Of a DNA stretch of 64,000 nucleotides, positions 35,463 to 44,872 are shown piece after piece. A model generated the notes under the pieces. It was not told the origin of the DNA and made no database searches. It saw nothing but the letters and a program-made list of their open reading frames with translations. Positions within the stretch are counted from its first letter, which is position 1; each line of letters starts with the position of its first letter. A program made the position numbers and the translations under genes. Location: positions 537-64,536 of the forward strand of contig JAMOZS010000006.1 of the NCBI GenBank assembly GCA_023667765.1, read 5' to 3'. Source of the stretch: Roseburia sp. GTDB lineage: Bacteria > Bacillota > Clostridia > Lachnospirales > Lachnospiraceae.

Positions 35463-36087
35463 AAACAGTTCCCTTAGTGTTTTCCCTTATTTTTTTCGCA
35501 GGGTTTCCCACATAGACGCTTTTTTCCGCACAATTTTCGATTACGACGGAGCCCATACCGACGATTGTATTGGCTCCGACTGTTATTTTGTCGCGTAATG
35601 CGGCGTTAGGGCCGATAAAACAATTGTCGCTTATACTGCTTTTGGAGCCGATAAAGCTGTTCAGGGAAATAAAGCAGTTACTGCCAATCTGACAATCATT
35701 TTCGACAATTGCGGAAGCATGTATAGCGGTATTGGTTCCGATGGTAACATGATGCGCAATATAGCAGAAAGGAAAGATAATGGCTCCGGGAAGGATGGTG
35801 CAATGGCTGGATACCACAGCTCTGCCGTCTATTAGAGTGGCCAGCGGTACACCATGGTCGGTATATAATTGATTTAATTTTTCCCGATACACAGGCTCTC
35901 CCAAAGCGATGAGAACCTCTGTGTTTTTAGCGATGGGATCCTTAAAAAATGTTTCGTTTGTGTAGGATACATCCTGGGTTAATTTATCGCCGATAAAAAA
36001 AATCTTATCCCACTTGTCGGATTGAAATGCCGCAATATCATATACTTCATGTGCAAAGGCGCCAATGCCTACGATTCCCAGGTTCAT
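35455..36087 (-). CDS. PglD/NeuD-like sugar N/O-acyltransferase (hexapeptide repeat)
   Basis: N-terminal MNLGIVGIG, IALGEP..REKL, left-handed beta-helix repeats, C-terminal YVGNPAKKIR. Confidence 0.85.
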   Translation of the reverse strand: MNLGIVGIGAFAHEVYDIAAFQSDKWDKIFFIGDKLTQDVSYTNETFFKDPIAKNTEVLIALGEPVYREKLNQLYTDHGVPLATLIDGRAVVSSHCTILPGAIIFPFCYIAHHVTIGTNTAIHASAIVENDCQIGSNCFISLNSFIGSKSSISDNCFIGPNAALRDKITVGANTIVGMGSVVIENCAEKSVYVGNPAKKIRENTKGTVFI

Positions 36088-36439
36088 ACTCACGTAATCC
36101 TTTCTGCTTTTTATCATACAGGCAAAATTGTTTGCGCCGCCGATGGCGGCATGTCCGGAAGTGCGGAATAAACGAAACATAAGATTATATGTAAAATACA
36201 ATATTTTTTTAGGAGTGTCAATAGTTTTATGACCGGTGCCACTGAACTGTTACAAAGCATAAAATATTTGCCGGGTGCCTGAATTTAGGAGCTATTTACA
36301 GATTACTCTATTTATTATATAATACAATCAGTTATCAGATGGAAAATCATTTGAGGCCGTGAGCAAATAGAAGCTGGTTATTTATATTTATCGGCGTCAG
36401 GGTAATGACGAAGAATAGATAGATTGATAGGGAGGAAAA

Positions 36440-38368
36440 ATGGCAGAATATATTTTCCCTTTTGATATGATTCCGAAAGAATCTGATATTATTATTTATG
36501 CTATGGGAGTTGTGGGACAGTGCTTCTATGAACAGGTTGCGAAACTTCAATACTGTAATGTGGCGGCATTGATTGATAGGGATGCGGACGAATTTTTTTC
36601 GCCTCAGTATCCCGTTGAACCATTAAGCGCCCTGGCGAAATATGCCTTTGACTATATAGTGATTGCGATTCTTGAGGACAGTATTGCTCAGGCGGTCAGG
36701 GGGGAATTAATAACAAATTATGGCGTTCCTTCCGAAAAGATAATATGGGTCAAGCCCAGGGAGCTGCAGGAAAATAAATCATTGTATAGGTTAAGCCAAA
36801 TGACAAAAGGGCATCAGGAATTGTCTTTTTGTCTGGAGGATTTTATGAAGAGAGGCAACGGCGATATAGCCTCCTTTTCCGGTGCCATCGAAGAATTAAA
36901 GCACTATTCCTATACAAATATTGAATTGTGTGAAAAATATAAAGAATATTTTATGCAGTATCTGGCAAAAGAACGCTCGCCTAAAAAGAGAATCATTCTG
37001 CTGAGATTCTTATATGAGGCAGGATGTTTTGACGGGAAATGCGCAGAATTATTTATGCGCAGTATCCGGGATATCAAAGGCAATTATGAAGCCAGAATAT
37101 GGCTGACATGGGATATTTCATGCATGGAAGCCAGAATGGCGTCTATCAGATATCATAACTTTTTCCTGGATAAAAGAGAAATTATCCGGGAAAATATTTC
37201 TCCCTTTGTTAATGTGGTTCATAGAAACGCGCAGGTTGGGGAAAAGCGGCAGCGTGATAAGAAATATATTGCCATTATAGGTCATAATTTTGACCAGACG
37301 TCATCCTCTCATTTTAAATTTATGCGGCCCTATGTAAATGAAATGAGTGCGCAGGGATATCAAATTAAAATTTTTCCCATTGACTTGTTGAGATTCAGAG
37401 AGGGAGAAAGCTTCCTCCGGCCAATCGTTGTGTTAGATAAAAGGTCCTATCTGGCCCGACAGGAATATTCGGAATTTCTGGCGCCGGAAATAGAGGTGGT
37501 AATTCCCGAGGGAGCCACCATGCAGGAGAGAATCGAACATTTTGCGGAACATCTGTATGCCTTTCATCCGGACATAGTATATGATTTTTCCGGTGAATAT
37601 GCCTTCTGCTCCCCCATCTATTATGATGCCTTTCCAACTGTGGCCATGCCCATGAGGGGATATGCGTCCAGCGCATGGTTTGACAAATATGTGGCAAGGG
37701 ATAAGAAAATATGTATAGAGGAGAATTCCATATTTCATTCTGTTTCTGAGGAACAAATGGAAGAAGCATTGCCGGATTTATGCAAGTACAGTATACCCTG
37801 CAGCAGGCCCTTTGGCAGGTCGGAGCATGGATTTAAAGAGGAAGCATTCTTAATTGTAACCAGCGGATATCGTCTGCGGCAGGAGCTGACCAGGGATTTT
37901 GTGGATTGTGTAGGTTCTTTCTTAAAGGAACATACGGATGCGGTCTGGCTGCTGGTAGGGGACGCCATATGCGATTACATCAAGCAGGCGTATGGCGCTT
38001 TGCTGGACGAGAAGAGGATTATCGAATGGGGATTTGAACCGGATTTGTATGGCTTATATGGAATGTGTGATATTTACTGGAATCCGAATCGCAACGGCGC
38101 TGCAGGATGTATTTATATGGCCATGCAATGCGGAATACCAATCGTATCCTCTGCTTTCCCCTCTGATATTCTGCCCCAGCTGGGCAGAGAAAATGCTGTT
38201 GAAGGAGATTATAACGAGTGTAAAAAATATGCGGATATTCTCTATGCAGATAAAGAAGTGCGTAAAGAAAAGGGGAAATTAATGTTGGAACGAACCCGGA
38301 ATACTCCGGGCGGGGTAGAAAATTATGTAAAGAAGCTCATTGAGATTGGGGAGAGCATCTTAAAATAG
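36440..38368 (+). CDS. GT-B glycosyltransferase-like protein with an N-terminal Rossmann-like module
   Basis: C-terminal DIYWNPNRNGAAGCIYMAMQCGIPIVS (GT4-like). N-terminal IIIYAMGVVG. Confidence 0.6.
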   Translation: MAEYIFPFDMIPKESDIIIYAMGVVGQCFYEQVAKLQYCNVAALIDRDADEFFSPQYPVEPLSALAKYAFDYIVIAILEDSIAQAVRGELITNYGVPSEKIIWVKPRELQENKSLYRLSQMTKGHQELSFCLEDFMKRGNGDIASFSGAIEELKHYSYTNIELCEKYKEYFMQYLAKERSPKKRIILLRFLYEAGCFDGKCAELFMRSIRDIKGNYEARIWLTWDISCMEARMASIRYHNFFLDKREIIRENISPFVNVVHRNAQVGEKRQRDKKYIAIIGHNFDQTSSSHFKFMRPYVNEMSAQGYQIKIFPIDLLRFREGESFLRPIVVLDKRSYLARQEYSEFLAPEIEVVIPEGATMQERIEHFAEHLYAFHPDIVYDFSGEYAFCSPIYYDAFPTVAMPMRGYASSAWFDKYVARDKKICIEENSIFHSVSEEQMEEALPDLCKYSIPCSRPFGRSEHGFKEEAFLIVTSGYRLRQELTRDFVDCVGSFLKEHTDAVWLLVGDAICDYIKQAYGALLDEKRIIEWGFEPDLYGLYGMCDIYWNPNRNGAAGCIYMAMQCGIPIVSSAFPSDILPQLGRENAVEGDYNECKKYADILYADKEVRKEKGKLMLERTRNTPGGVENYVKKLIEIGESILK

Positions 38369-38421
38369 CGGCAGAGGCTGCCGGCTTTGACAGAGTTATC
38401 ATCTGTCGGGGAGAAAGAAGT

Positions 38422-39765
38422 ATGGGTACAATAACCGATAAATTTGTTCAGTATTTATATGATTTAACGCAGCAGGATTTTTCTGACCAAGTCAAATGCA
38501 AAAGTAAAGAGCATCTGATTGATTATCTGGCAGCGGCGTATGGAGGAGCCGGCGTCAACCGGAAGGTGACGGAGGAAATTGCCGGGGATTATCCGGGTGA
38601 TGTTCACGTCATTGGATATCATAAACGAGTCAGTATGGATGCGGCAATTCTCTTAAATGCTTTCAATGCTCATGTCCTGGAGTTGGACGACGGGCATCGC
38701 AATGCCATGATGCATTTGGCTGCGCCAATCTTTTCGGGATTGTTGGCGGTTGCGGAAAAAAAAGAAAAGAATCTGGCGGATTTGCTGAAGGGCGCCGTTA
38801 TCGGATACGAGACGGCAGTCCGTCTGGGGACGGTCATCCAGCCCTCCCATAAGAGGAAGGGATTTCATGCCACCGGTACATGCGGCGCCATCGGCACGGC
38901 CATGGGAATTGCCGCCATGCTGGGGTATGATAAAGCCGGGATGAAGAATGTGCTGAGCGCAGCGGCTACATCCGCATCAGGGCTGTTGGAAGTCATTACC
39001 GGACAGTCAGAGCAGAAACCCTATAATGTGGCCCAGGCTGCGGCGGCCGGGACGAATGCGGCTCTGTTTGGAAAATACTTTTCGGGGCCGGAGGATGTGT
39101 TGGGCGGACCGAGAGGATTTATAAAGTGTTTCAGCGATAAGAGTGTGGAAGAAGAACTTACAAAACCTCAGGAAAAGCTTGGTATATGGGGGGCCTATAT
39201 GAAACCGTATGCCGCGTGCAGGCATTGTCATGCCCCTATTGAGGCGGCGCTGAATCTCAGAAAAGAATATGACTTTGCCGTTACGGACATTGAGGCGGTG
39301 GTTGTGACTACCTATGAGCTGGCAGTATATGGACATGACCATTGGAGTATTACCAGTGTGGGAGAGGCGAAGATGAGCATTCCTTATAGCGTGGCGGCGG
39401 CGCTTTTATATCATACCGCAGGTGCAGATGCGTTTACCGAAGATAAGTTCAGGGATTCCCGAGCTTGTGAGCTTGCCCGAAAGGTAAAAGTGGTAAGTTC
39501 AGAGGAGCTGACAGCGCTGACCAGAGAGAGGCGGGCGGCAATCGTGACGATTCATCTGCAGGACGGAAGAATATGGGAAAATCGTGTGGATTATCCCAAA
39601 GGGGAACCCGAAAATCCCATATCCCAGGAGGAACTGGAGGCCAAATTTGTCTCGCTGGTTACTTCGGCAGGGTACAGTGAACCATACTGCACAGATATTT
39701 TAAAGAGGATTAACGGGTCTGAACCAATGAAAATAAGGGATTTGCTGTCGGCAATGGAAAGGTAA
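38422..39765 (+). CDS. MmgE/PrpD family protein
   Basis: LELDDGH, HLAAP, GFHATG, KPYAACRHCHAPIEA, and YPKGEPENP motifs. Confidence 0.9.
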   Translation: MGTITDKFVQYLYDLTQQDFSDQVKCKSKEHLIDYLAAAYGGAGVNRKVTEEIAGDYPGDVHVIGYHKRVSMDAAILLNAFNAHVLELDDGHRNAMMHLAAPIFSGLLAVAEKKEKNLADLLKGAVIGYETAVRLGTVIQPSHKRKGFHATGTCGAIGTAMGIAAMLGYDKAGMKNVLSAAATSASGLLEVITGQSEQKPYNVAQAAAAGTNAALFGKYFSGPEDVLGGPRGFIKCFSDKSVEEELTKPQEKLGIWGAYMKPYAACRHCHAPIEAALNLRKEYDFAVTDIEAVVVTTYELAVYGHDHWSITSVGEAKMSIPYSVAAALLYHTAGADAFTEDKFRDSRACELARKVKVVSSEELTALTRERRAAIVTIHLQDGRIWENRVDYPKGEPENPISQEELEAKFVSLVTSAGYSEPYCTDILKRINGSEPMKIRDLLSAMER

Positions 39766-39777
39766 ACAGGAGGAAAT

Positions 39778-40821
39778 ATGCCAAGAGTTTCGCTGGAAAA
39801 GATTGATCATATCACAAAATATGTGCTTCTAAAATGCGGCGTGGATAAGGACAGTATAGAGATTATTCAGCAGACGATTCGGTTTGCCAACCGGCGTGGA
39901 GTCGCCACCCATGGTGTGGGCAGACTGCCGCTTTATGTCAAAAAAATCCAAAGTGGAACCCTGAATCCTGTGAATTGCATGGAGCAGGTCAGCTCCAGTG
40001 GCGCAGTCGCCGTCTATGACGCCCATAACGGGTTTGGACAGGTTGCGGCCGAATGGGCCATGAAGGATTGCCTGGAGCGTGCCGGGACAACCGGTATTGC
40101 GGCGGTTGGTGTGCGAAACAGTCATAATTTCGGTATGGCAGGATATTTTGGCGAGATGGCGGCCCGGCAGGGGATGGCGGCAATTATCTTTGCGAATGCG
40201 GCTCCGGCCATAGCTCCTACGGGAGGGGCCAAACCGCTGCTGGGAACCAATCCTCTGTGTTATGCTTTTCCGGGCAGCGATACGCAGCCCCCCGTTATTT
40301 TAGATATGGCAACATCCGTAGCCGCCAGAGGGAAAATCCGGCTTGCGGCCAAAAACGGTGAAAAGATTCCCCTGGACTGGGCCATGGATAAGAACGGGAA
40401 ACCCACGGAAGACCCAAATGAGGCGCTTGCGGGCTCTCTGTTTCCGATTGGCGGATATAAAGGGTACGGCCTGGCGTTGTTTGTGGATATGTTTGCCGGA
40501 CTGCTGACAGGCTCGGCCTATGCGGGGGGAGTGCAGCCCTTAAGTAAGACAGAGGTTCCCTCCCGGAACGGGCATCTGTTTATTACTTTGGATGTAAAGA
40601 AATTTGTTGATGAGGCGGAATACCGAACGAGACTGGATATTCTGAGAAGGGAAATTCTTAGCTGCGGCGCTCCCGGAAATGTGTTATTTCCCGGAGAGCG
40701 GGGTTATCGGGAAACTGACAAAAATACAGAAACGGTGGAGCTTCCCCTTAAGCAGATTCAGGAGATTAACAAACTGGCAGATACACTTTCCGTCCCGGAA
40801 CATCTGGAAATCGTAACATAG
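39778..40821 (+). CDS. Ldh_2-family (malate/L-sulfolactate-type) oxidoreductase
   Basis: RGVATHGVGRL, NSHNFG, GTNPL, DMATS, GGYKGYGL. Confidence 0.9.
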   Translation: MPRVSLEKIDHITKYVLLKCGVDKDSIEIIQQTIRFANRRGVATHGVGRLPLYVKKIQSGTLNPVNCMEQVSSSGAVAVYDAHNGFGQVAAEWAMKDCLERAGTTGIAAVGVRNSHNFGMAGYFGEMAARQGMAAIIFANAAPAIAPTGGAKPLLGTNPLCYAFPGSDTQPPVILDMATSVAARGKIRLAAKNGEKIPLDWAMDKNGKPTEDPNEALAGSLFPIGGYKGYGLALFVDMFAGLLTGSAYAGGVQPLSKTEVPSRNGHLFITLDVKKFVDEAEYRTRLDILRREILSCGAPGNVLFPGERGYRETDKNTETVELPLKQIQEINKLADTLSVPEHLEIVT

Positions 40822-40885
40822 CCACAGGCTGTTCTATCCGTGAGATGATAAGAACGACGGGGATACATGAGGAGAAAATAAATAT

Positions 40886-42022
40886 ATGAGACATCACCAA
40901 TACAACCCGGATTTCCAATTTGTGAAGGAACCGGTAGAGTTCTGTAAGTATACGGAGCGGGAGCTGCTTCAATATTGTCTGGGGGCAACTATGTATATGC
41001 CGGGCACGAAGGATTTCGCAGCCGCCATTATCGGCAGAAAATATCCGGGACTTACCTCCATGGTGCTTTGTTTTGAAGACGCCTGCAGGCTGGAGGACGT
41101 CCCTGCGGCGGAGGAAAATTCCATTCAGCTGCTTCATTTGATAAGTGATAAAATGGAAGCGGGAGAGATAAGCTATCGGGAACTGCCGTTGATTATTTTC
41201 AGGATAAGGAATATGGAGCAGTTTCATAATTTTGCCGAGCGGCTGGAGCCGAGGCATATGAAGCTGATAACAGCGTTTAACTTTCCCAAGTTTAATTCGG
41301 AGAACGGGGAGGCGTACTATAGTTATCTACGGGAATTAAACGAAAAGTTTGGCGAAATTATTTACGGTATGCCCATTATGGAAGACCGGAGAGTGGCTTT
41401 TAAGGAATCCCGGATGGAGGAGTTATTGGCGGTCAGGGATATTCTGGCAAGGTATAAGGATATCGTTTTAAATATTCGGGTGGGGGGAACGGATTTTTCT
41501 TCCTGCTTTGGCGTGAGGCGGGGCATTAATTATACGATATATGACATTATGACGGTTCGGGATTGTCTGATGGATATCTTGAATGTGTTTTCCAGGGACA
41601 ATGAATATACGCTTTCCGGGCCGGTTTGGGAGTACTTCCGGGCAAGCAAGGAAATGAGATGGAAAAATCTGCCGGAGTTTGACTTTACGGAAACTCTGAT
41701 TAAACGGGAGCCCATTGTAAATGACGCCGTTGACGGTTTGTTGCGGGAACTGATTTTGGACAAGGCGAATGGATTTATCGGAAAAACGATTATACATCCT
41801 TCCCATTTGAATTTTGTAAACGGTATGTTGGCCGTTACCCGGGAGGAGTATGAGGACGCCTGCCAGATTTTACAGACGTCCGGAGGAGTGATAAAGAGTG
41901 CGGACGCTAATAAAATGAATGAGATTGGCCCTCATAAGAACTGGGCGGAGAAGCTGTATATGCGGGCAATGGCTTACGGTGTGATTGAAAATGAGTCGGA
42001 GTACCTGAAATTATTTGGATAG
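40886..42022 (+). CDS. HpcH/HpaI aldolase / citrate-lyase-like TIM barrel (C-C bond lyase family)
   Basis: LGATMYMPGT, LCFEDA, NIRVGGTDFS, GFIGKTIIHPSH, KMNEIGPH. Confidence 0.8.
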   Translation: MRHHQYNPDFQFVKEPVEFCKYTERELLQYCLGATMYMPGTKDFAAAIIGRKYPGLTSMVLCFEDACRLEDVPAAEENSIQLLHLISDKMEAGEISYRELPLIIFRIRNMEQFHNFAERLEPRHMKLITAFNFPKFNSENGEAYYSYLRELNEKFGEIIYGMPIMEDRRVAFKESRMEELLAVRDILARYKDIVLNIRVGGTDFSSCFGVRRGINYTIYDIMTVRDCLMDILNVFSRDNEYTLSGPVWEYFRASKEMRWKNLPEFDFTETLIKREPIVNDAVDGLLRELILDKANGFIGKTIIHPSHLNFVNGMLAVTREEYEDACQILQTSGGVIKSADANKMNEIGPHKNWAEKLYMRAMAYGVIENESEYLKLFG

Positions 42023-42059
42023 ATTGGGATAGATTGGGATAGAAAAGAGAGGGATAATT

Positions 42060-42953
42060 ATGAAGGAGACCAGAGCCTTTTTAAAATCGATAGGAATGCC
42101 GGACAGGGATGCATATGATTTGCCTGATTCTCTGAAGACTTTTGCGGACGGAGGACAATATCGTTTTGAGGTGCCCGGAATTCAGGGCCCGAAGGTAATG
42201 GAAGCTCTTCTGGAGGAGATGGATAAATATGGGATATGGCTGCACCGGGTGACCCAGACTAAGGGAATTATGCTGTTGACTGACAACGAGATACTCCATA
42301 TGGTTCAGCTTGCAAAGGAACAGAAAATTGATTTGATTCTGGCAATTGGGCCGAGGGCTACCACTGATACAAGCGCTTCTGTAAATACGCCCGAGGGGGT
42401 TCGTATGGGATACCGGTTAAGAGGACAGGAACAGGTGGTCCGCGCAGTAGAGGATGTAAAACGGGCGGCGGCATTGGGGTGCCGATTCTTTTTGGTTTAT
42501 GACGAGGGCTGTCTGTGGCTGCTAAACGAGATGAGGAAGGCCGGGGAGATTCCCGGAGACTGCCGATTTAAGGTTTCCGCTCATATGGGGCATGGGAATC
42601 CATGCTCCGCCAGACTGCTGGAAAGCATAGGCGCCGATTCCATCAACCCTGTGAGAGACATCCAGCTCCAGATGCTGGCAGCGATACGTCAGGCAATAGA
42701 GATTCCGATAGATATCCATACGGAGAACCCAAAATCCACAGGGGGCTTTATCCGACATTATGAAGTGCCGGAGATGATTCGTATTGCGGCGCCAATCTAT
42801 TTAAAGACGGGAGGCTCGGTGGCCCAGACCCACAGCTGGGAATCGACGACTGAGGATGCGAAGAAGAGGGCGAAACAGGTGTCTCTTGTAAAGAGGATGA
42901 TAGATACTTACTATCCGGAGGCCGTCCAGTCTCTTCGGGGAAGTGTTGAATAA
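42060..42953 (+). CDS. U32-peptidase-like TIM-barrel protein of unknown function
   Basis: KVSAHMGHGNP..GADSINP..PIDIH pattern, recognised only loosely. Confidence 0.5.
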   Translation: MKETRAFLKSIGMPDRDAYDLPDSLKTFADGGQYRFEVPGIQGPKVMEALLEEMDKYGIWLHRVTQTKGIMLLTDNEILHMVQLAKEQKIDLILAIGPRATTDTSASVNTPEGVRMGYRLRGQEQVVRAVEDVKRAAALGCRFFLVYDEGCLWLLNEMRKAGEIPGDCRFKVSAHMGHGNPCSARLLESIGADSINPVRDIQLQMLAAIRQAIEIPIDIHTENPKSTGGFIRHYEVPEMIRIAAPIYLKTGGSVAQTHSWESTTEDAKKRAKQVSLVKRMIDTYYPEAVQSLRGSVE

Positions 42954-42978
42954 GAGGATGCTGGGGCAGGAGTGTGTT

Positions 42979-44241
42979 ATGGACAATGGAAAAAAAAAGA
43001 CAGCGCTGGTTTTAGGCGGTATAGGGGCGCACAGAGAGTTGCTTATCCGGTTGAAACAGAGGGGATATGATACGCTGCTGGTAGATTATTTTGACAATCC
43101 GCCGGCAAAGGATGCAGCGGACGTGCATATAAAAGAAAGTACGCTGGATAAGGAAAAAGTACTGGAAATTGCAAGGAAATGGAATATTTCCGTAATCCTC
43201 AGCGGGTGTGTAGATCAGGTGAATGCCACCGCCTGTTATGTGTCGGAAAAACTGGGCTTATATACCCCCTATAGTTATGAGACGGCCCTTAGAATTAACG
43301 ATAAAGATTGTATGAAAAGGGTTATGCAGGAGCAGGGCGTATTAACCTCTCAATATTATTGTATCAAATCAAAAGAGGAGATTCTACAAAAAGAGTTACG
43401 GTATCCCGTTATGGTAAAGCCTGCTAATTGTAATTCCGCCAATGGGGTAAAAAAAGCGGAAAATAAAGAACAGATGTTAATTTACCTGGAGCAGTCATTT
43501 GCAATCAGCAGAAACGGGAAAGCCATTATAGAAGAATATGTAGAGGGAAAAGAGTTCAGCGCGTATTGTTATATTCATAACGGAAGGGCAAAATTGCTGA
43601 TGACCAGTGAGAGAATCAGTATTATAGAGGGTGAGGAAAAGGTCATTAAATGCTATGGGGCGCTGATTCCCGCCCGTATTCCCAGGGAGCTTGAAAAAAA
43701 GGCGGAGGATATTGCCGGTAAACTGGCGAAGGCGTTCGGAATAACCAATTCTCTATTCTTTTTTCAGGGGATTGCAACGAAGGACGATATCAGTATGATA
43801 GAATTTGCTCCCCGCATTGGCGGGGGGGTCTGTTTTAAGACCATTCCAATGAATACAGGCTTTGATGTAATGGATGCCGTCATAAGGTGTGCCTTGGGTG
43901 AACAGGCGGACGTAAGCGCCTGGCATCCGCCGATAAATGTTCTGGCGGTCAATACGGTATATGCCAGAGACTGCGTATTTGACCATGTCGAGGGAGTAGA
44001 CCGGCTGCTGGCCGGGCATGTGATTGAGGATTTTATCATGTATAAAACAAAAGGCATGCATATAGACAACCGTTCTGCCAGCGGTGGGAGAATCGGCGCT
44101 TTTATAGTGAAGGGAGCGAGTGAAGAAGAAATTCTGGAATCCGTTCATAAAGCATATGATAGATTATCTGTTCAAAGCGCTGAGGGTGAGGAGGTTTTGA
44201 GAAGGGATTTAAACCTGTATGCGATGCAGGGGACTTATTGA
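42979..44241 (+). CDS. ATP-grasp domain ligase
   Basis: LVLGGIG, DKDCMK, PVMVKPANCNSANGV, IIEEYVEGKEFS, IEFAPRIGGG. Confidence 0.85.
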   Translation: MDNGKKKTALVLGGIGAHRELLIRLKQRGYDTLLVDYFDNPPAKDAADVHIKESTLDKEKVLEIARKWNISVILSGCVDQVNATACYVSEKLGLYTPYSYETALRINDKDCMKRVMQEQGVLTSQYYCIKSKEEILQKELRYPVMVKPANCNSANGVKKAENKEQMLIYLEQSFAISRNGKAIIEEYVEGKEFSAYCYIHNGRAKLLMTSERISIIEGEEKVIKCYGALIPARIPRELEKKAEDIAGKLAKAFGITNSLFFFQGIATKDDISMIEFAPRIGGGVCFKTIPMNTGFDVMDAVIRCALGEQADVSAWHPPINVLAVNTVYARDCVFDHVEGVDRLLAGHVIEDFIMYKTKGMHIDNRSASGGRIGAFIVKGASEEEILESVHKAYDRLSVQSAEGEEVLRRDLNLYAMQGTY

Positions 44242-44278
44242 GGATAGGGCAAGGTATGCTTTGAAGGAGGACTGTGAA

Positions 44279-44782
44279 TTGATAACGATTCAAACGCCGA
44301 TATCAGAGGAAATGGTCCGGGAGCTGCACTTAGGAGACCGGATTTTGCTATCGGGAAAAATCTATTGCGGCAGAGACGCCGTGCTGCCTAAGATATGCAG
44401 GTTAATGGAACAGGGAGCCTTAGAACAACAGGGAATCAACTTGACGGGAAGTGTGATTTTCCATACGGCGGTCAGCCCTGCGGGGGTGGGGCCCACTTCC
44501 AGCAACAAGGCGGAGATTGAAGCAAGTATTGCGCCGCTCTCGAAGGCAGGAGTTAAACTGCATCTGGGGAAAGGGGCGATTGGCAGCGACGCTATTGCGG
44601 CTCTGGAGGAATATAACGCCGCCTACGCTGTGATTCCTCCCGTTACGGCTCTATTGGGAAACGGTATTATCTCCCGGAAGGTTATCGCCTTTCCGGAGCT
44701 GGGCATGGAAGCATTTTACGAGCTGGAGGTCAGGGAGTATCCTGCGATTATCGGAGCGATTCATAATAGCAGCGTCTATTGA
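44279..44782 (+). CDS. Class I fumarate hydratase / tartrate dehydratase beta (C-terminal) subunit
   Basis: LHLGDRILLSGKIYCGRDA, GPTSS, HLGKG, ELGMEA. TTG start after GGAGG. Confidence 0.85.
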   Translation: MITIQTPISEEMVRELHLGDRILLSGKIYCGRDAVLPKICRLMEQGALEQQGINLTGSVIFHTAVSPAGVGPTSSNKAEIEASIAPLSKAGVKLHLGKGAIGSDAIAALEEYNAAYAVIPPVTALLGNGIISRKVIAFPELGMEAFYELEVREYPAIIGAIHNSSVY

Positions 44783-44859
44783 GTCAGAGCCTCAAATTGC
44801 AATCGCAGCCGAGAATTTGAGATTCTCGGCGCGGTGTCATCGCAGTAAGCTGCTCTGAC
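44783..44859. other. Structured intergenic element
   Basis: Outer stem gtcagagc/gctctgac, inner stem gccgagaat/attctcggc, alternative pairing ctcaaatt/aatttgag. Confidence 0.5.
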
Positions 44860-44872
44860 AGGGAGGATTAGT

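Noticed and set aside
38369-38412. Two small hairpins between the glycosyltransferase and PrpD genes
   Set aside because: 6 bp stems with no U tract or other support. Possibly mRNA-stability elements, but not callable.
42016-42043. ggatagattg repeated about 2.6 times
   Set aside because: A short intergenic duplication overlapping a stop codon. It is too short for a CRISPR or functional VNTR call.
42990-42998. A9 tracts in the ATP-grasp gene and in PIG-L (51488-51496) as phase-variation sites
   Set aside because: Both genes are in frame, the tracts encode Lys runs, and A runs are common at this base composition.
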